Origin: Paragordius varius | Lineage: Eukaryota > Animalia > Nematomorpha | Direction of reading: 5' to 3' | Length of the DNA: 64,000 nucleotides | NCBI GenBank assembly: GCA_964247055.1 | Contig: OZ176050.1 | Span: 7,936,001 to 8,000,000, forward strand | Part shown: piece by piece, positions 11,101 through 25,811 of the stretch | Layout: each line of letters opens with the position of its first letter | Position numbering within the stretch: the first letter of the stretch is position 1 | Translations under genes and position numbers: made by a program | Notes under the pieces: model-generated | What the model was told of the DNA's origin: nothing | Databases searched by the model: none | What the model saw: the letters and a program-made list of their open reading frames with translations, nothing else

Positions 11101-14100
11101 AACAAATAAAATTGGGCCAATTGAATAAAAGCTAGTATATACTAAAAACTAGGTTTTTTCCAGTATATAATAGCTATGTATTGAATAAAAAAATATATTG
11201 CTTTTACTATCCAGTACCCACTATGTTTACCAGTATTCACTGACAAATTTCATTGAATAAAAATTGTTTTTTTACAAATTTTACCTAGTACTTACTGTTT
11301 TTTTAAGCTGGTAAATGGCAACATTTTAGACTATTATTTTTTTCACTTAAAATAATATCGACTATATTTTTATAAAATTTCTAAGATATATGTTTTTTTA
11401 AATTAATATATATATATATATATTAAATATTAATTGTTTTATTATTAATAATGATTTTTTCCTCTATTTTAAGCTTTGTGAGTTCAATTTGCAGAGATAT
11501 AAGTTTCTTGTAAGTGGATTTCTTTTTACCTTTCCAAAATTATATAAACAAATATTTTGAATCCTTCATTTCTGATTTGATTTCTATTTTTAAATTATAA
11601 TTATATACGGATAATCTGTCATCATCAAAATTATCAATCAATATTTCCCCGCCTGAATATATCGCGCCCTGTATTCTTTCAAATATAGGTTTTTCTGTAT
11701 CAAAAATTAATGATTGCAATTTAATTTTCCAAGAAAATTGTTTTTATTCCAGATTTGGAATTATCGAATTTTACTTTGATTTGGGATATTATATTGTAAT
11801 TTTTTTTCTGATTTGAGATATGATCATATATTTGTCAATTATATTTTTGATTTCGACTTGTATTTTTCTATATTTTTCATTTCTTTGTTTTTTTATTGAG
11901 ATTGTATTACTTTTGTTAAAAAATATTGGATTTTTTTCAAGAATGTCCACAATTATATGATTTTCTTCGGTCATTTCATTTTTGTGTAAAATATTTGAGT
12001 TTATATACCATTATTTGAAAAAACATTGAATAAAAATAGAGGTACTTACTATCATGTACGTACTGAAGTCTTTAGTATGTTGTTTATTTTCATTTTGTTT
12101 GTTTTCGATTTCATTCATAAAATGCGTTTGAAAAATTCATAATGAAAATAGAAAGTATAGTTGGAAAATAAATATCGATTATCTACCCATTTTTTTTAAA
12201 TAATGCAATTATGAATACATATTTATCCATAAATATACAAAAAATACATCAAAATAATGTTTGAACAATTGAATCTCGTTTCATTTTGCCAGCCTTGAGT
12301 ATTTGGGTTAGATCAATATTTTCTTCACAATCCTCCACATATTCAATATCAAAATATGAATTACTATCGAAATCTGTTAAAGGTTCGTTAATATATTTGG
12401 ATACATTATGTAGTATGGAAAATGTTATTAGTTTTGGTATTCGTATTAAATTTATACGAATTTTCTTACCAAGTATAGGAAATCGGGTCTTCATCTGACC
12501 GAAAACCCGCTCGATAATGCTTCTTTCAGAACAATGTAATTTATTGAATTTTTCCTCGTTATCGATCATCGTATTTTAGAAGGGGGTTAGGAGCCATGGT
12601 GACAAATATTTTACACAAAAATAAAATGACCGAAGAAAATGATATAATTGTGGACATTCTTGAAAAACTCCAATATTTTTAACAAAAGTAATATAATCTC
12701 AATAAAAAAACAAAATCATAAATATAAAAAAATACAAATCGAAATTAAAAATATGAATGACAAATATATGATTATATCTCAAATCAGAAAAAAAATTAAC
12801 AACATGAAATCCCAAATCAAAGTAAAGTTCGATAATTCCAAATCTGGAATAAAAACAATTTAAAAACTTGGGAAATCAAATTGCAATCATTAATTTTCGA
12901 TACAGAAAAACTTATATTTGAAAGAATACAGGGCGCGGTATATTCAGACGGGGAAATATTGATTGATAATGTTGATGATGACAGATTATCCGAGTATAAA
13001 TATTTATAATTTAAAAATAGAAATAAAATCAGAAGCGAAGGATTCAAAACCGAGTATCTGTTTATATAATTTTGAAAAGGTAAAAAGGAATCCACTTACA
13101 AGGAACTCATATCTCTGCAAATTGAACTCACAAAGCTTAAATAGAGAAAGAAATCATTATTAATTATAAAACAATTAATATTTAATAAATATATTAATAT
13201 GTTTATATTTATTAATATATATATATGAATCATGTAATCAAAAAAACATTTATCTTAGAAATTTTATAAAAATATATCCGATATTATTTTAAGTGAATAA
13301 TAGTTTAAAATGTTGCCATTTACCAGTTTAAATAAACCAATAAATACTAGGTAAAATTTGTAAAAAAACATGTTTTATTCAATGAAATTTGTCAGTAAAT
13401 ACTGGTAAACATAGTACGTATTGGATAGTAAAAGCAATATATTATTTTTACTGGAAAAAACCTAGTTTTCAGTATATAGTATTTTATACGATTGGCCCCA
13501 TATATTATTATTGTGCTTTTACAAGAAACCTAAAAAATAAGCGACAGAAAGTTTACAATAAGGATGTACAGCCCATTTTTTTAAATATGTCAAAAAGCTC
13601 TACAATGCACGTTTTTAGATTTGGTCCCATCTCATAAATAGTGAGATGTTCATTTTTTAGTGGCTTGGACTGTCAACTACCCTCAACAAGGAATCCAAAC
13701 TTGCACGCTTTTATATATATAATTTTACTTTTATAAAAAAAATATGTAATAGATCTTTCACAAATTATTACAAACATACATTCACCAATAATATTGTTTA
13801 TAATGTAAATGAATTTTCGTAGCCGTAGCGCTTATGAGTGAGTAATTGAATAAAATAAATGTAACACAAACAAAAATTGTTTAAACATACATACCATTTT
13901 TGGATATCTCATCGTTTATGTTTTTTTCGGAATCGGAGTTTATATCAATAAAAGATGTTGTCTCTGTTGAATTAAAAAAATATATTTATTCTTTCAAATA
14001 TATACCGATTCGGTTACACTTTCATATAAAAACGAATATAATGTTAATAAAAGTCGTAATCATCAATAAATAAACAAATTTTGATAGAATTTATGTTAAC

Positions 14101-16351
14101 AATTTTTTATGTAAAGAATACTAGTTTATATCTTATAATATGTACACATGATAATATAATTATTAATGATTGTTTAATAAGCGGTGGTCAGTCATCGTTA
14201 TAAAAACATTCAAAACCAGTCAAACTTAACCTTACATAAATATATAAATAATTTTAATTATACTGGAAAGACTTTCGTTCACATTTGGATTATCGGCTTG
14301 AACTGCTTGTTCTTCATCATATAAATTGATGGATTGTTTGATCAAAGATATGCGGTAAAAATAATTTCGCCAAAACTGTTCTTCATTAATTCTAAAATAC
14401 AAAAACACATCTACGGTTATTATTTTAATCATTTAAAACATTATTAAATCGTCATCATCTGTCTCTTAACTGAAATTGTATTAAATGATTTGCTTTAAAC
14501 GAATTTAAAAAATGCTCCAATGAAATAACCCCTTTTCAAAATCTTTCATGTTTCGAAATTTTCCAATTCAGTCTGCAAATGAACAATGGATTAGAGGTCA
14601 CATCCTTTCACCGATTATTTTCAACATTTGCATTGAATGCATCACACGCAACATTGACAAATCGTTAGGAATAAAAATTGCTGGCAGTACAATATTATCA
14701 CTTCATTACGCTGACAACACGATTCTGCTATCTCACTCACTAAACAACCTCATTACTCCTACACAATTAACCTTCGAATGTCAAAAATTTGGTCTAACCA
14801 TCATTTATAAAAACAAAAATCTTGCACATACAATAAATATAATACAATACCTTAACATTCTTGGACACCAAAATCACTGCAGTACCACACTAACAAAGAC
14901 ACCACAGACATTAGGAGAAGAATAGCAATCGGCAAAGCGAATATGATAAAATACAATAAACTATGGTCAGCTCACGGTTTCAAACCTAAAACCAAAATTA
15001 GTCTAGTCAAATCTCTGATCTTCCCAAACTTGGAGGCTAAAGAAGGGAAATGAAAGATATATCTATGCTTTCAAAATGTGGTGTTGGATTAAAATCGCAA
15101 AGTTAAAATAAGAAACACTGATCCTCGATAAAATCAAACCTGAATATCCCAAAACCATGCCTTAAAATGAGCTCTCTTACTTGGGCTATATCACTAGAAC
15201 CAAAAAACTTAAAGTATCAGCTTATGTCGGAAAAAAGATAAAGGTTTTGATAATTTAACTAAGGAATCCAAGCTAACAATGCAACAGTTGATATACATCA
15301 CACCTAATATCACACAAGCTGGCGTAACTACACTCAAGAAATAGCGACAAATCAATCACCAATCTTAGTTATAACAACATACATAATATTGGTTAACATC
15401 AACCTAACACCAAGCCAAAAGACACATTTATAAAGATAGTCCATATTATTTGTTTTTTAATTGTTTTCAAATCGGTGTAATTCGTAAATCATAATTAAAA
15501 TAAAGATGATATATGCTTTTGTATGATAGTTCTGAAAAATATAAAAAGTAAATGAGTGTATTTGGATAAAAACTAATGGAGTAAAACCAATTGGAGATAT
15601 ATGACATAATCCATTGGTTTATGTAGCACTATTCGGAAAATCATGTGCTATAATAAGGCCTAAAACAATTAATATTGAAAAATTTGCTAAATATTTAAAA
15701 GACTTATATGGGACTATGATTAGAAACGAATGTGGTTGGTAAAGTTAATAACCAAAATTTATAGTTATTGGATAATATGATATCTAAATTTTACATAGAG
15801 TATATAGTTTGCCGTTTAAAATTGCATCAATTGAAAGAAAATAATTATACTTTAATGGAACTAATTTGAAACGCATTTTGGATAATTTTGGATCTTCTTT
15901 TAACAAAAATAAGGCATGTGCAGCATTTTCTACCATTTTAAATAAAAAATCGGATCCATCTGGAGGATTTCTTAGAAAATTACGCGAATCCTAAATTTAT
16001 ATATATTGAATAAACATTTGATAAGGCCAAAATTTGCTTTTTTAACAAATCAGGTTTGGTAGAATCTGCCCATATATTGATATTTTCGACTTGTGCAGCA
16101 TTGTTTTTCTGTTGTTCTTTAAAAAAATCGTCTTCAAACTAAAATAAATAATTTCAAACCAAATCATCTAAATTGGTTTTAATAAGTTGTTTTCCTTGCG
16201 AAATTGTGGTTTTCAAAATTTGTGATACCTTATCAAGTGTTGGTACATTTTCGGTTCTGGATTCAAGATCTTTACATTCGGGTTTGGCGCTTTCTTGTAT
16301 ATCATTATATAAATAATAGGCTTTATCCTTTATGGCCGAAAAAAAATTCAT
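8134..16351 (-). CDS. SYAP1: Synapse-associated protein 1 / BSD-domain protein, 6 exons: 16351-16160, 16138-16016, 15990-15851, 14391-14264, 13963-13895, 8252-8134
   Basis: The spliced translation gives KKQILALSN-DSRNFLRNPP...[39 protein letters not shown] (BSD domain) and a C-terminal LKDYEMV...DEWDQELQDML that resembles SYAP1 ends. All splice phases are consistent. Introns are 21, 25, 1459, 300 and 5642 nt. Confidence 0.88.
8855..8990 (+). mobile_element. tRNA-derived SINE copy
   Basis: Box A-like tggtagagtgg (8858-8868) and box B-like agttcgatac (8911-8920). The body tttttcatcat..gtcagccctgg..aggtgggtgt is shared with 52253-52385. Confidence 0.65.
9270..10490. pseudogene. Inverted pair of decayed coding sequences of unknown family (- copy ~9270-9700; + copy ~10030-10490)
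   Basis: Homologous peptides ENAFVVYNNAPIYKALVVYKL / ENAFVVCENAPIYNARVVGKL, FFNREKA / FYHRENA and RAWLHY / RVWLYY, with many third-position differences. Both copies carry stops or frameshifts. Confidence 0.55.
11113..13499. mobile_element. PIF/Harbinger-derived foldback element: two inverted Myb/SANT-gene arms around a nuclease 3' remnant
   Basis: Arms 11113-11997 and 12603-13499 are reverse complements (about 90% identical by eye) and end in gggccaat/attggccc, flanked by AT on both sides. Each arm encodes a frameshifted Myb-like protein (MTEEN.IIVDILEK...QIRKK...K). The spacer encodes PWLLTPF*NTMIDNEEKFNKLHCSERSIIERVFGQMKTRFPIL...ILHN, the C-terminus of a Harbinger DDE nuclease. Confidence 0.88.
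14520..15350 (+). mobile_element. Decayed RTE-clade non-LTR retrotransposon (RT and C-terminus) in SYAP1 intron 3
   Basis: GHILSPIIFNI..E.ITR...GIKIAG...LHYADN; DIRRRIAIGKANM..YNKLW....TKISLVKSLIFP; IYAFKMWCW. Several frameshifts. Confidence 0.85.
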
Positions 16352-16655
16352 TTTTTGGAATCATTTGCGACACATTTAACTATTAGTTCCATATGATCAA
16401 GATTTTTATCAGCGTGAATTGTCATTGTCATATATTTTTTACCGAACTTGATTGTTTCCTTAAATTTCCACATGATTCAAAAAATATTTTAAAAAATCTT
16501 GTCTAATAAATTTTGATTTTTCTCAAAAAGCTTGTCAATTTCATTAAGTGTATTTTACAAGAATCGGAAATTAGAAAGGGATATGAAATTGAACATACGA
16601 TTGATAAAACGAATGAATTCTTTAGTGATAATTTCAATTTTGACCATTGTATGTG

Positions 16656-18994
16656 TAGGGTGACCAGATTTTTTAAAGGAAAAGGCGGGACAAATATGAG
16701 AAAGGAAGGAGGGGTACAACCAAAAATTTTTTATACAAAAGATATTATAATATTAATTTAATTTTAAAACAAATACATTATAAATATAAAAAAAATGTTT
16801 CATTACTTGGTTTGAGTGAATGCGTTTTAACAGATTGTCATATTTTTTAAAATATTGTAGAAGTGTTCACAAGAATTTGTCAAATTATTTGACAGATAAA
16901 ATAGCCGTTAAAGTTTCAATATATTAATTTTTCCGATGTCTACACCAGATTTACTGTGGAAAAAACGCGCTCAGTAGCGTTGGTTCCAGGATAGTGCAAA
17001 TTTCACAATTCTTAAAATATTATTGAATGGAACATAGTTTGTTTCAAAATGATGAAATATTTCCAACCATTTCATTTCTGCTGTATCTTTTTCTGTTGTC
17101 CATAATTTAAGTTTTTCATTATTATTATATATTTTTTAACTAATGATATTTCAGAAAAAAAGATCATTTTCTGAAAGGTTACTTTTTGGAAATTTTTGGA
17201 TCATATGTAATTAAATGTTATTTAGACATCGCACCAATTAAATTTTGGTTCTAATGTTATCGAATGAAAATAATCAATTTCTTTGAATTGCACTGTCCAG
17301 TCAAAGAATCTTTACAGTTTATAAAACAATTTTATATGATACAACATATCTTGGCAATTTATTAAGCCTTGTTTTTATATTATTTATAATATTGGGATGG
17401 TTAATGGTATAAAATTATTTTCTAACCTTTCTTGACATTGGAATTTTAGGTTACTAACCTAATTGGCTACTTAAATTGCCGAAATTTTATCACCTCATAT
17501 CAATTTAATAACATTTTGAAAGAGAGACGCTCGATTATGTAGGAACTCTAACCATATTTTTGATAAATCACTTCCAAAAAATTTTCCAACGTTGTAGGAC
17601 ATTTGTCCTGTGATAAAAAATAGGATTTTAAAGGATGATACATTTTTATAATCCTTTCCAGAAGAGCTAACCAACGAGTTTTACATATCCAAGCATTTTT
17701 TGATATTAAACTTCAGCCTTTTCACAGATTTCCTTAAGCGTTTCAATGCGTACCGTGTATATATTAAAATAGTAATATATTTTAACAACTACATTTTCCA
17801 CATCTAGGGGTAACAAATCAGCAGCTGTTTGAATAGCGTTATGTATTATAGCGCTGCACACCCAACGCCAATAATGTTTTGATTAAGATTATCTGCTAAT
17901 TTATAAAAAATATTTTTTGTTCCTCTCCTTGCTTTTCAACCGAAGTTCGTATTGGTGTTGTCAGCGCAATATGCGATGATTTTGTCTTTTAAATTATTTT
18001 TTTTCTAGAATATCCATTATTGAAGTAAAAATTATGTCAGAATTTTCCCCAGGTTGAGAAATAAAATCTAAAATTTTAATATTTACTCCGGTTTCCGGAT
18101 CAAATATTAAAGTGGGAATTAATTTTGTTTCCCTGTGATTTGATGCATCAGATAGCGATATGAAATTAATTTTCAGCAAATCTTTTTGTATTTCAGAAAA
18201 TGTATGTGGCTTTAGGACATTGCATACAATGGCTTCAGCCTTTGTACGAGCACATGTAAATTTTTAATGAATAAGGTACCAATAACCTGTGAGGTACAAT
18301 CCATAGATCTAAAGGAATGTTTGTGATTAACGGCGTGAAAAGATAAAACGCCTTCGGCTAGTGCCAAAGTCCTTTCTTTATCTCCAAAAGCGGTTTTTCG
18401 ATAAAAATCGCTCATTTTGTAAAATGATGCCGCCATTTCTAAACATTATTTGTTTCTTGTAATAATGCTTGCCGCCATGTGCTAGGGTGAATTCCCCCTT
18501 AAGAACATTTAACAAATGATTCATTCTTTTTTTTTAATAAAAGGAAATTCTTTCATTGATTTTCATTGGATTTACAACCTCTTTTTGTACTCATATTTTA
18601 AACTAATATTTGTATAAAAAAATAATATATTACCTTAATTTTCTGGAGTAAACGGATAAGCTACCGATTTGTGGTATTAATTTGTCTTTTTGATAATGTT
18701 GGCAGTAGGAGTAGGACGCAAAGTGTATAATCATATGATATAAATTCGGAAAAAAATAATTATTTTTAATTTAAAAATAAAAATTTTTAATTTAAAATTG
18801 ATATAGATCTTAAAGATAAATAATGATAATAAATTTAAACGGATAAAAAAAATAAATTTTTTCTAAAAAGTTTAAATGTATTTAAATTTTTTTTATATAA
18901 TCGTGAAAAAGCGGGACATTAACGTAGCGGGACCCGGGACAAAGTGTGAAAAATCAGGACTGTCCCACCAAAAGCGGGACGTCTGGTCACCCTA
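16656..18994 (-). mobile_element. Full-length but decayed hAT DNA transposon
   Basis: Perfect 13-bp TIRs tagggtgaccaga (16656-16668) and tctggtcacccta (18982-18994). Minus-strand transposase remnants: AEGVLSFHAVNH.HSFRSMDCTS, SDASNHRETKL, AYCADNTN and PGTNATERVFS (dimerisation domain). TSD not preserved. Confidence 0.9.
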
Positions 18995-21900
18995 ATTTTT
19001 GGTAAGAATATTGATATGTCTTACTACAGCAAAATACCAAATATAAAAACAAACTATATACTAAACATTTATGAAAGTTAGAGAATAGTCGCCTAGCTAA
19101 CTGTTTTATACCCGATTTTTGTTATATTTCATGGGCTAGAGCTCTAGAGTAAGCTTAATTTTAAACGTCCGAATATAATCTTAACCTTCATAAATGTACA
19201 GCTTAGCTATCATGATTTTTATCAATATAATTAAAAGCACGTTATTGGGTATTCTAACAATGGATATCTGAAAAAGCATATAATATTTTTACGTTAATGC
19301 AGGAAATACCTAAAATTTTTAAAAATGTATGTGGCTTTATAGTTCGAAATTTTGCTGCCATGTTAATTCTATATGGTGCCGTACTGAACGGGGCCGATCG
19401 GAAGCGTCTGAATCTTTTGTCTTAAAGAATAAATTAAAATTAGTAATGACAACTATATACTCTCATCAGATTTTCGGATTGTTTTAAAGATTTATTCTTA
19501 GGGAATTAGTTTTGACAAAAACCTGATTTTCGGGTAGCGGGCAAAACACCGGCGTTAATTCGAAAAATTGGCTCTACTATGTTCGGCATTTTCATTTGTA
19601 TAAAATTTTTTTTTATTAGAATGAGCCTTCTCGCTTTACAAAAAATGCATCGCAGAAGATACAACTATTAGGGATTTGTTCAAACACCTCTATTTTCACT
19701 TGTGACTTAATTAGTCCTTATGTAATTAAATTTCGTTTTTGAATTATAGGCTCACACGGTTTACCAAAATTGTTTCAAGCTTCTTTATAAATATATTGAT
19801 TTATGGGTTTAACCAAAGACTAATTATCACATTAGCTGTTTACATCGAAAATGCAACCGAAACAACGCCTTAGATATTACGATACTGCCGCATAAAATGG
19901 AGTTTCCTTTTTTCGAGAATCGCCATTGTACCAAATTCTAAATATTTATTTATAACATAATTTTAGGATATCAATAATATTCTATTTTTAATTTTCCCCT
20001 GTAACTCATCAAAGGAAACAAAATGTAGCTTGCTACATAAGTAGCAAAAAGGAATGAGTGTATTTGTAATATTTGAGATACAATTGACAAGTATTTTTGA
20101 ATTGATTGATTTCATAAACTAGATATTTTCTCACGAAAAGTATATACTTGACAATATTATCCAGCTAATTACCATATTACAAATTGCAATCCCTTTATTC
20201 TTAAATTTAATATTGAGTAATTCTTATCTATATAGAAAGTGTTTTCCAAAACTTTTTATTTATTAAAAATTTAGCCAAACAAGTAACCTATCATCCAAAA
20301 ACCAGACTAGCTTCTGACAAAATGCATTGCATGTCTTCATATTGTCTGAGGACCAACTGTGAAGAATGATAAATCTGGCTTGCAAAATGGAAAAAAACAC
20401 AATATTTAAAAAAATCTAATCTTATCTGAACTTTAATCTTGGCATCATACACTTAAGTCAGATAAAAAGTAAGGTCTGCCTGCATGAATGTGTTAAATTA
20501 TTTAGAGCTGTCCTGCATTATTATCAATCATTCTTAAATTAAATTTTTTCATCCAATCTAATTGAATGCGAAGAACTAATATTATTTGTTAATCCAATTT
20601 AATTTTTTAATCAAATTGGCCAACTGGCTTAAATTAAAAAAGTGTTAAGCTTTGAAATATCATAACCAATTCTCTACAAGATTTTCGAAAATATTTTTAT
20701 ATATTATTCTAATAAAAAAAATGGTTGTTTAATTTTATTCAAATATTTATAATCATATAACATTTGTTGCTTTCATCCTTGAAGTATTAACACAATAAAT
20801 TAATTTAAAATGTTAAAATATTTTTTGTTTCTTAATTAGCCTGTCTGTCTTATGGATATAGTTTCTTTCAGTATTCCATTACTAAGTATGATTGTGACTT
20901 TTATCATTATTGTTAAAATTATATAACATTATGACAAATGTAGTTGTCATCAACTTAACCATTTTATTAATAAATATGTTGTATTTAAAGACAGGTTTAT
21001 TTGAAACTTGTGTAACTTAAATTTGATTGATTAATTCTTTAATTTTATATACTCCTGAAATTTATATGTTATAGTCGTATGGAAGCTTTTAGTTGTTTTA
21101 TGCATACTAAATTAATTGCCTGTTCCGTTTTCTTAACTGATTATGATAAAGGTCCATCTTAAAGTTTATTTTAGTTAAAAAATAATATGTTAGCTGTGTC
21201 TTAATCGAATTGCCGTGTTCTATTACATATAATAAATTTCAATTGGGATTGAGTTTGTGTAAAAATTAACCTGATCTGATTGGATTACAAATATAAATCA
21301 TGTTCACATGTCTTTAGATACAAATTGGGGTCGCTCTAGACTTGTTAAAATCATTTTTTTTTAAATCTGAAATGTTTTGAATTTATTTCAAAAGTTTGCA
21401 TTATATAACATTGAGTCATTAATATAAAAATAATCATAAACTATGACTTAATATTTCTTATCTTGTGTTTTAACAAAGGCGAAATTTTTGAAAGCATTAA
21501 ATGAATGCATGAGTTAAAATAAAACATATTGCTATTTTACCACCATTTTATCTGTATTTTTTCTGTTAATTATTATTAAATGTATATTTAACAAAAAAAT
21601 AATATATTAGCAGTAGAATCCAAAAAACGATATTTTACCCAAAAAGTTGTTAAATCAAAATGGGATCGATTAGACATCAAAGCTAAATATAATTGAATAT
21701 AATAGCTTTTTTAAACTATTATTAGGATTAAAGCATAGATATAAATGAGGCCGCTTTTATTGTTTATATTTTAATTTTAAATTTGTCGCGGGTACCCAGT
21801 TACCCAATTTATAGTTATCCCATTTCACGCAATAAATATGTTAAACAGGTTATTTATAGTGGTTATAAGCTTTTTTAAGATCTTAACCCTATATTCCAAC

Positions 21901-24369
21901 CATTTTAATTAATCTAGAAAAGTTTAAAGTTTAATCAATAATAACGCTTTTTCAAAAACACAATTTTTAAATTACATTTTTACGGTGTAATAATAAATTG
22001 ATTAAAATATATTATAGAAAATGGGTGAGTTTGCGCCCAAACATTTCCTGGCAAAATATATTTTTACAAATAATCTAGGTTAGAAATGATTAAAACATAA
22101 GTTAGCAATATTTTTCACAAAATTTAATTATTAAACAAATTATATGGCGTCAAATCTTGCCTGACTTAAAAATAATTGTAGCGATTTATTATTTAGGTAG
22201 AATTAACTTTTTTACGCTTTTATTATCTGTCAAGAATTAGTTAAAAAAACAGAATTAAACCGCAAAACCTTTTCCTTCAATCCTAAGATTTATGGCTTCC
22301 TTGATCTTTTACAAATCTGTATTGTTGGGATCAAAGATTACATTTTTTTACAAAGAAATAGACGTTAATTATAATTGCTCACTTAAATAGGTTAGTTAAT
22401 TTAGATTAGATTAGATTATTGCTGTCATATATAATAATTATATTTATCGACTCTATAAATCCTACAAGCAATATGTACTTACTTTGCAGAAGTAGACAAA
22501 AAATCGCCATATTTTTTTCGTACAAAAGATCAAAGTATGGTTGATGCTACAATAAGATTTTTCTTTCAGACTTTTGGTTGTATAAAAAAACCAATATTTA
22601 TATCTAAAAATTATGATATGAGCAGTTAAGTCTAAGAAAATAAAAAACATAACCAATATTACTTCCTTATTTAATACCCAATGAAGCGAATAAATAAGTT
22701 GTACTTAATAAAAAATGATAATAAATAAAAGTAGATGTTATCTTTTTTCCAAAAAATTTGGAACAACAATATTTTTCCTATGATTCTTAACCTTTATAGG
22801 ATTTTTGTTCTGTGCACTGAATATCTATAGATGATTGTTTAAAAGCAGAAAAGGGGTTATCAACTTAACATAAACTTGATTATAATTTATTTACAATGTA
22901 TTTTGTCGAATTTTTTAAGGTTTATATTAAAATTTATTTGATAAGATAAAAACTGTATACAATTATAAATTTTTTGCATAAAAATTTTCTAAATTTATAA
23001 TTATCACAAAAAAACTTAGTTTTAACCACTAATGAAATATTAAATCTTAAGTTAGTGACTGTATATATATATCATTTTGTCAAACAGTTTTAGGGCTATT
23101 TTTCTTATATTAAATTAAATTTATATGATAATGAAGGGGAAATAATGTTATATTCAATATCTAAAATAAACCAAACAAAAGCGCACAGATTTTGTCTGTC
23201 GTAAAAGGACATAGACGTTTCGCTTAAGGAATACTAATTTAATAAATATATATATTTTAATATTTTTGTGTTTTCCTCAATGTTGTTTGCGTGTGGTTTA
23301 TGTTTATATATTAAAAATTAAGTTTCGTCACACTATTTAATTAAGAACATAAAAATTTTTTTTTATTAATTTTAAAATAAGTCATACTATTGATATGATT
23401 TCACTAAATAATTGAATGAGAATTCTTACCATAATACAATAATAAATGGCAAAAACTTTATAATTTGACCCCAAGATATTTTAATAAAATAAATTTTTAA
23501 ATTTCACCAAAGTTAGCATTGAAAAAATGGATATCTATGAAAGTTATATAATTAGATAACAGATAACTAATTTTTAACTAACAATTTTTAATTTACCATA
23601 CATAAATTTGTTAGGTGTTAAAGTATGAATAATAACTCCTAGTATAAACTATTTTGTCATCGTGTCAAGCAAGATTTTTGAAACGAAACGAACAGAAAAA
23701 CAAGCATAAATTATTAATTTGTTGTTTAATATAATTTGAAAAGTTAGAAACATATACTTATACGACCTTGTATGATGATCTGTTATATGCCTTGTCTGTA
23801 AAAAAAGAATTTCTTGCCAAAATAAATTAAATTATTGGATAAACTTTCCTTCATTCCTTCATTGAATTGGTTTGATTCAATTAACTACAAACCTCTAAAA
23901 ATATGTTATAAAAAAATTTATGATTTATTTTATATATATATATATATATTAAAGCTATGCTATAAAACCAGTTTTTACTATGTATGTACTCACAATTAAA
24001 AATTTAGAGTGAATGTGAAACGAAGTTTTATTCAAATAAAAATATATTTAATTATGGCAAAAAATTATAGCTTTTTGTACCTACCAAAACAATCATATAT
24101 GGTATGGTTGGCAGATTTTTAATAATAACATTTAGCCTTTTTGGATTGTCTAATTTATTTTTTGTGTTTCTATAACTTTATAAATATTTTTTTTGCTAAA
24201 CCGGTGGTGCTCACAAATTTTGAAGGTGCAAATAAAATATATTTATATTCCGACAAACATTGCATAGCTGTTTGACACGTATGCAGATAATTCATCTAAA
24301 CAGGTGCATCAAAAAATCAAATTTTTACAATAGAATTTAATTGAAAAAATGTTAAACATTTAAAGAATC

Positions 24370-24625
24370 CAGAGGCGTAGCTTGCATTTCCGGCGCCCGG
24401 TAAATGACTCCATGATGGCGCCCCACCCGTCCATGCAACCCCTTGCATTTTAAAAAAATGATCAAATTCAAACCGTACCCATAAATGCATTTTTTATGTA
24501 TCATTTAGAATATTATAACTAGGAGATACCTATTTTTTTGATATAAAATCAAAACTTTTTAAAATCCGGCGACCCTTTATGGCGTCCGGTACATCAGTAC
24601 CCCTTTCCCCTTAGCTACGCTTTTG
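24370..24625. mobile_element. hAT-type MITE with intact 8-bp TSD
   Basis: TIRs cagaggcgtagct and agctacgcttttg. Perfect TSD AAAGAATC at 24362-24369 and 24626-24633. Confidence 0.88.
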
Positions 24626-25811
24626 AAAGAATCCTAAATCAATTAAACTTAGATTTTTAAGGATTTGAAAGAGATGAACGATTGTACAGATTTTTTGGAA
24701 AAAGGAAAAAAGAAAGACCAAAATCTAGATAACTGGCCTGTGGAAATTAATGCTTTTGTGTTATATAAAACCCTAAATTAGCATGTAAAATATATTAAAC
24801 TATAATAGGGTAAATTTAAAATGGTATTTATCCATTTGCTTTCACACACCCCTTTAAATGCCAAAGTTGATATATGGATTCTGATATTACCATTTGTCAT
24901 TTTATGTTACATATATGATGGCTTTGCTTCGTTTTATTAAGCTATATAGTTTTGATCATTAACAATATTTATAATTCAATAAAATGTGGTCGTCCATGAT
25001 GGTATTTATAAATAATTGCTTCCAAATCAACATTTTTACATTTATTGTCTCAAGTTTTTTGTTGCAACATAATAATCCCACTTAAATTATGGCAAAAATT
25101 AATATACTGATTTTAGGCATTTTATTGAATACAATCGATTTCATATTTAAATTATCTAGTAATCGTGGCTTTTTTACGTTTATTTGAGAACAAAAGCTTT
25201 TCATGCATTATAATTTTTTGTAGTACATATCAAAACATTTAACTCAAAACAACGGATGAATTTAATCAATTTTTTGTGAGTCTCGGCCATCGTTAATGAC
25301 ATTAGATGATAATAGATGGCTTTAAAGACAACTTAAAATGCAGCAATATAAATTTATCAATAATTTCTGAAGTATTTAAATGGAATCGACAAGAACTGAC
25401 GATGGGTTAGATCGTCACAAAGATCTTTAATAAAAAAATAATACCTTAAATATTATATTCACTAGACCACAAATGCATTATAAAACTAATGTTTAGAGAC
25501 CATATTTTCGAAATTCATAGAAATTTTAATAGCGTTTAATATGTTAAACTAGATGATTTCATGGATAAGCGTATTTATAATAATACAGTTACTTTTCAGG
25601 TGTTTTTCTATATCGTGTAATTAAACCATCGAGCGTCATTAAAGGACATGGGAATTTAATTTACATGCCTGTTAGCATGTATTAAATTTTTTTAGTTACA
25701 TATTTAACTGAACACTTATCAAAAATTTTCCAAATTGTAACTAATAAAAACGAAAAATCTCATACATGGCAATAGTTATGTAAACTAAAGCCCTTTTAGC
25801 TATTTTAAATA

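Noticed and set aside
22462-22656. Possible small gene with a 21-nt GTAAGT...TAG intron on the minus strand
   Set aside because: No recognisable homology, no clear start, and a competing open frame on the plus strand. Not supportable.
19300-25420. Scattered coding-like fragments (RINAGV ~19550 on -, FIILHSW ~20350 on -, DEFNQFFVSLG ~25255 on +)
   Set aside because: Too short and too interrupted to assign. Probably old RT or transposase debris.
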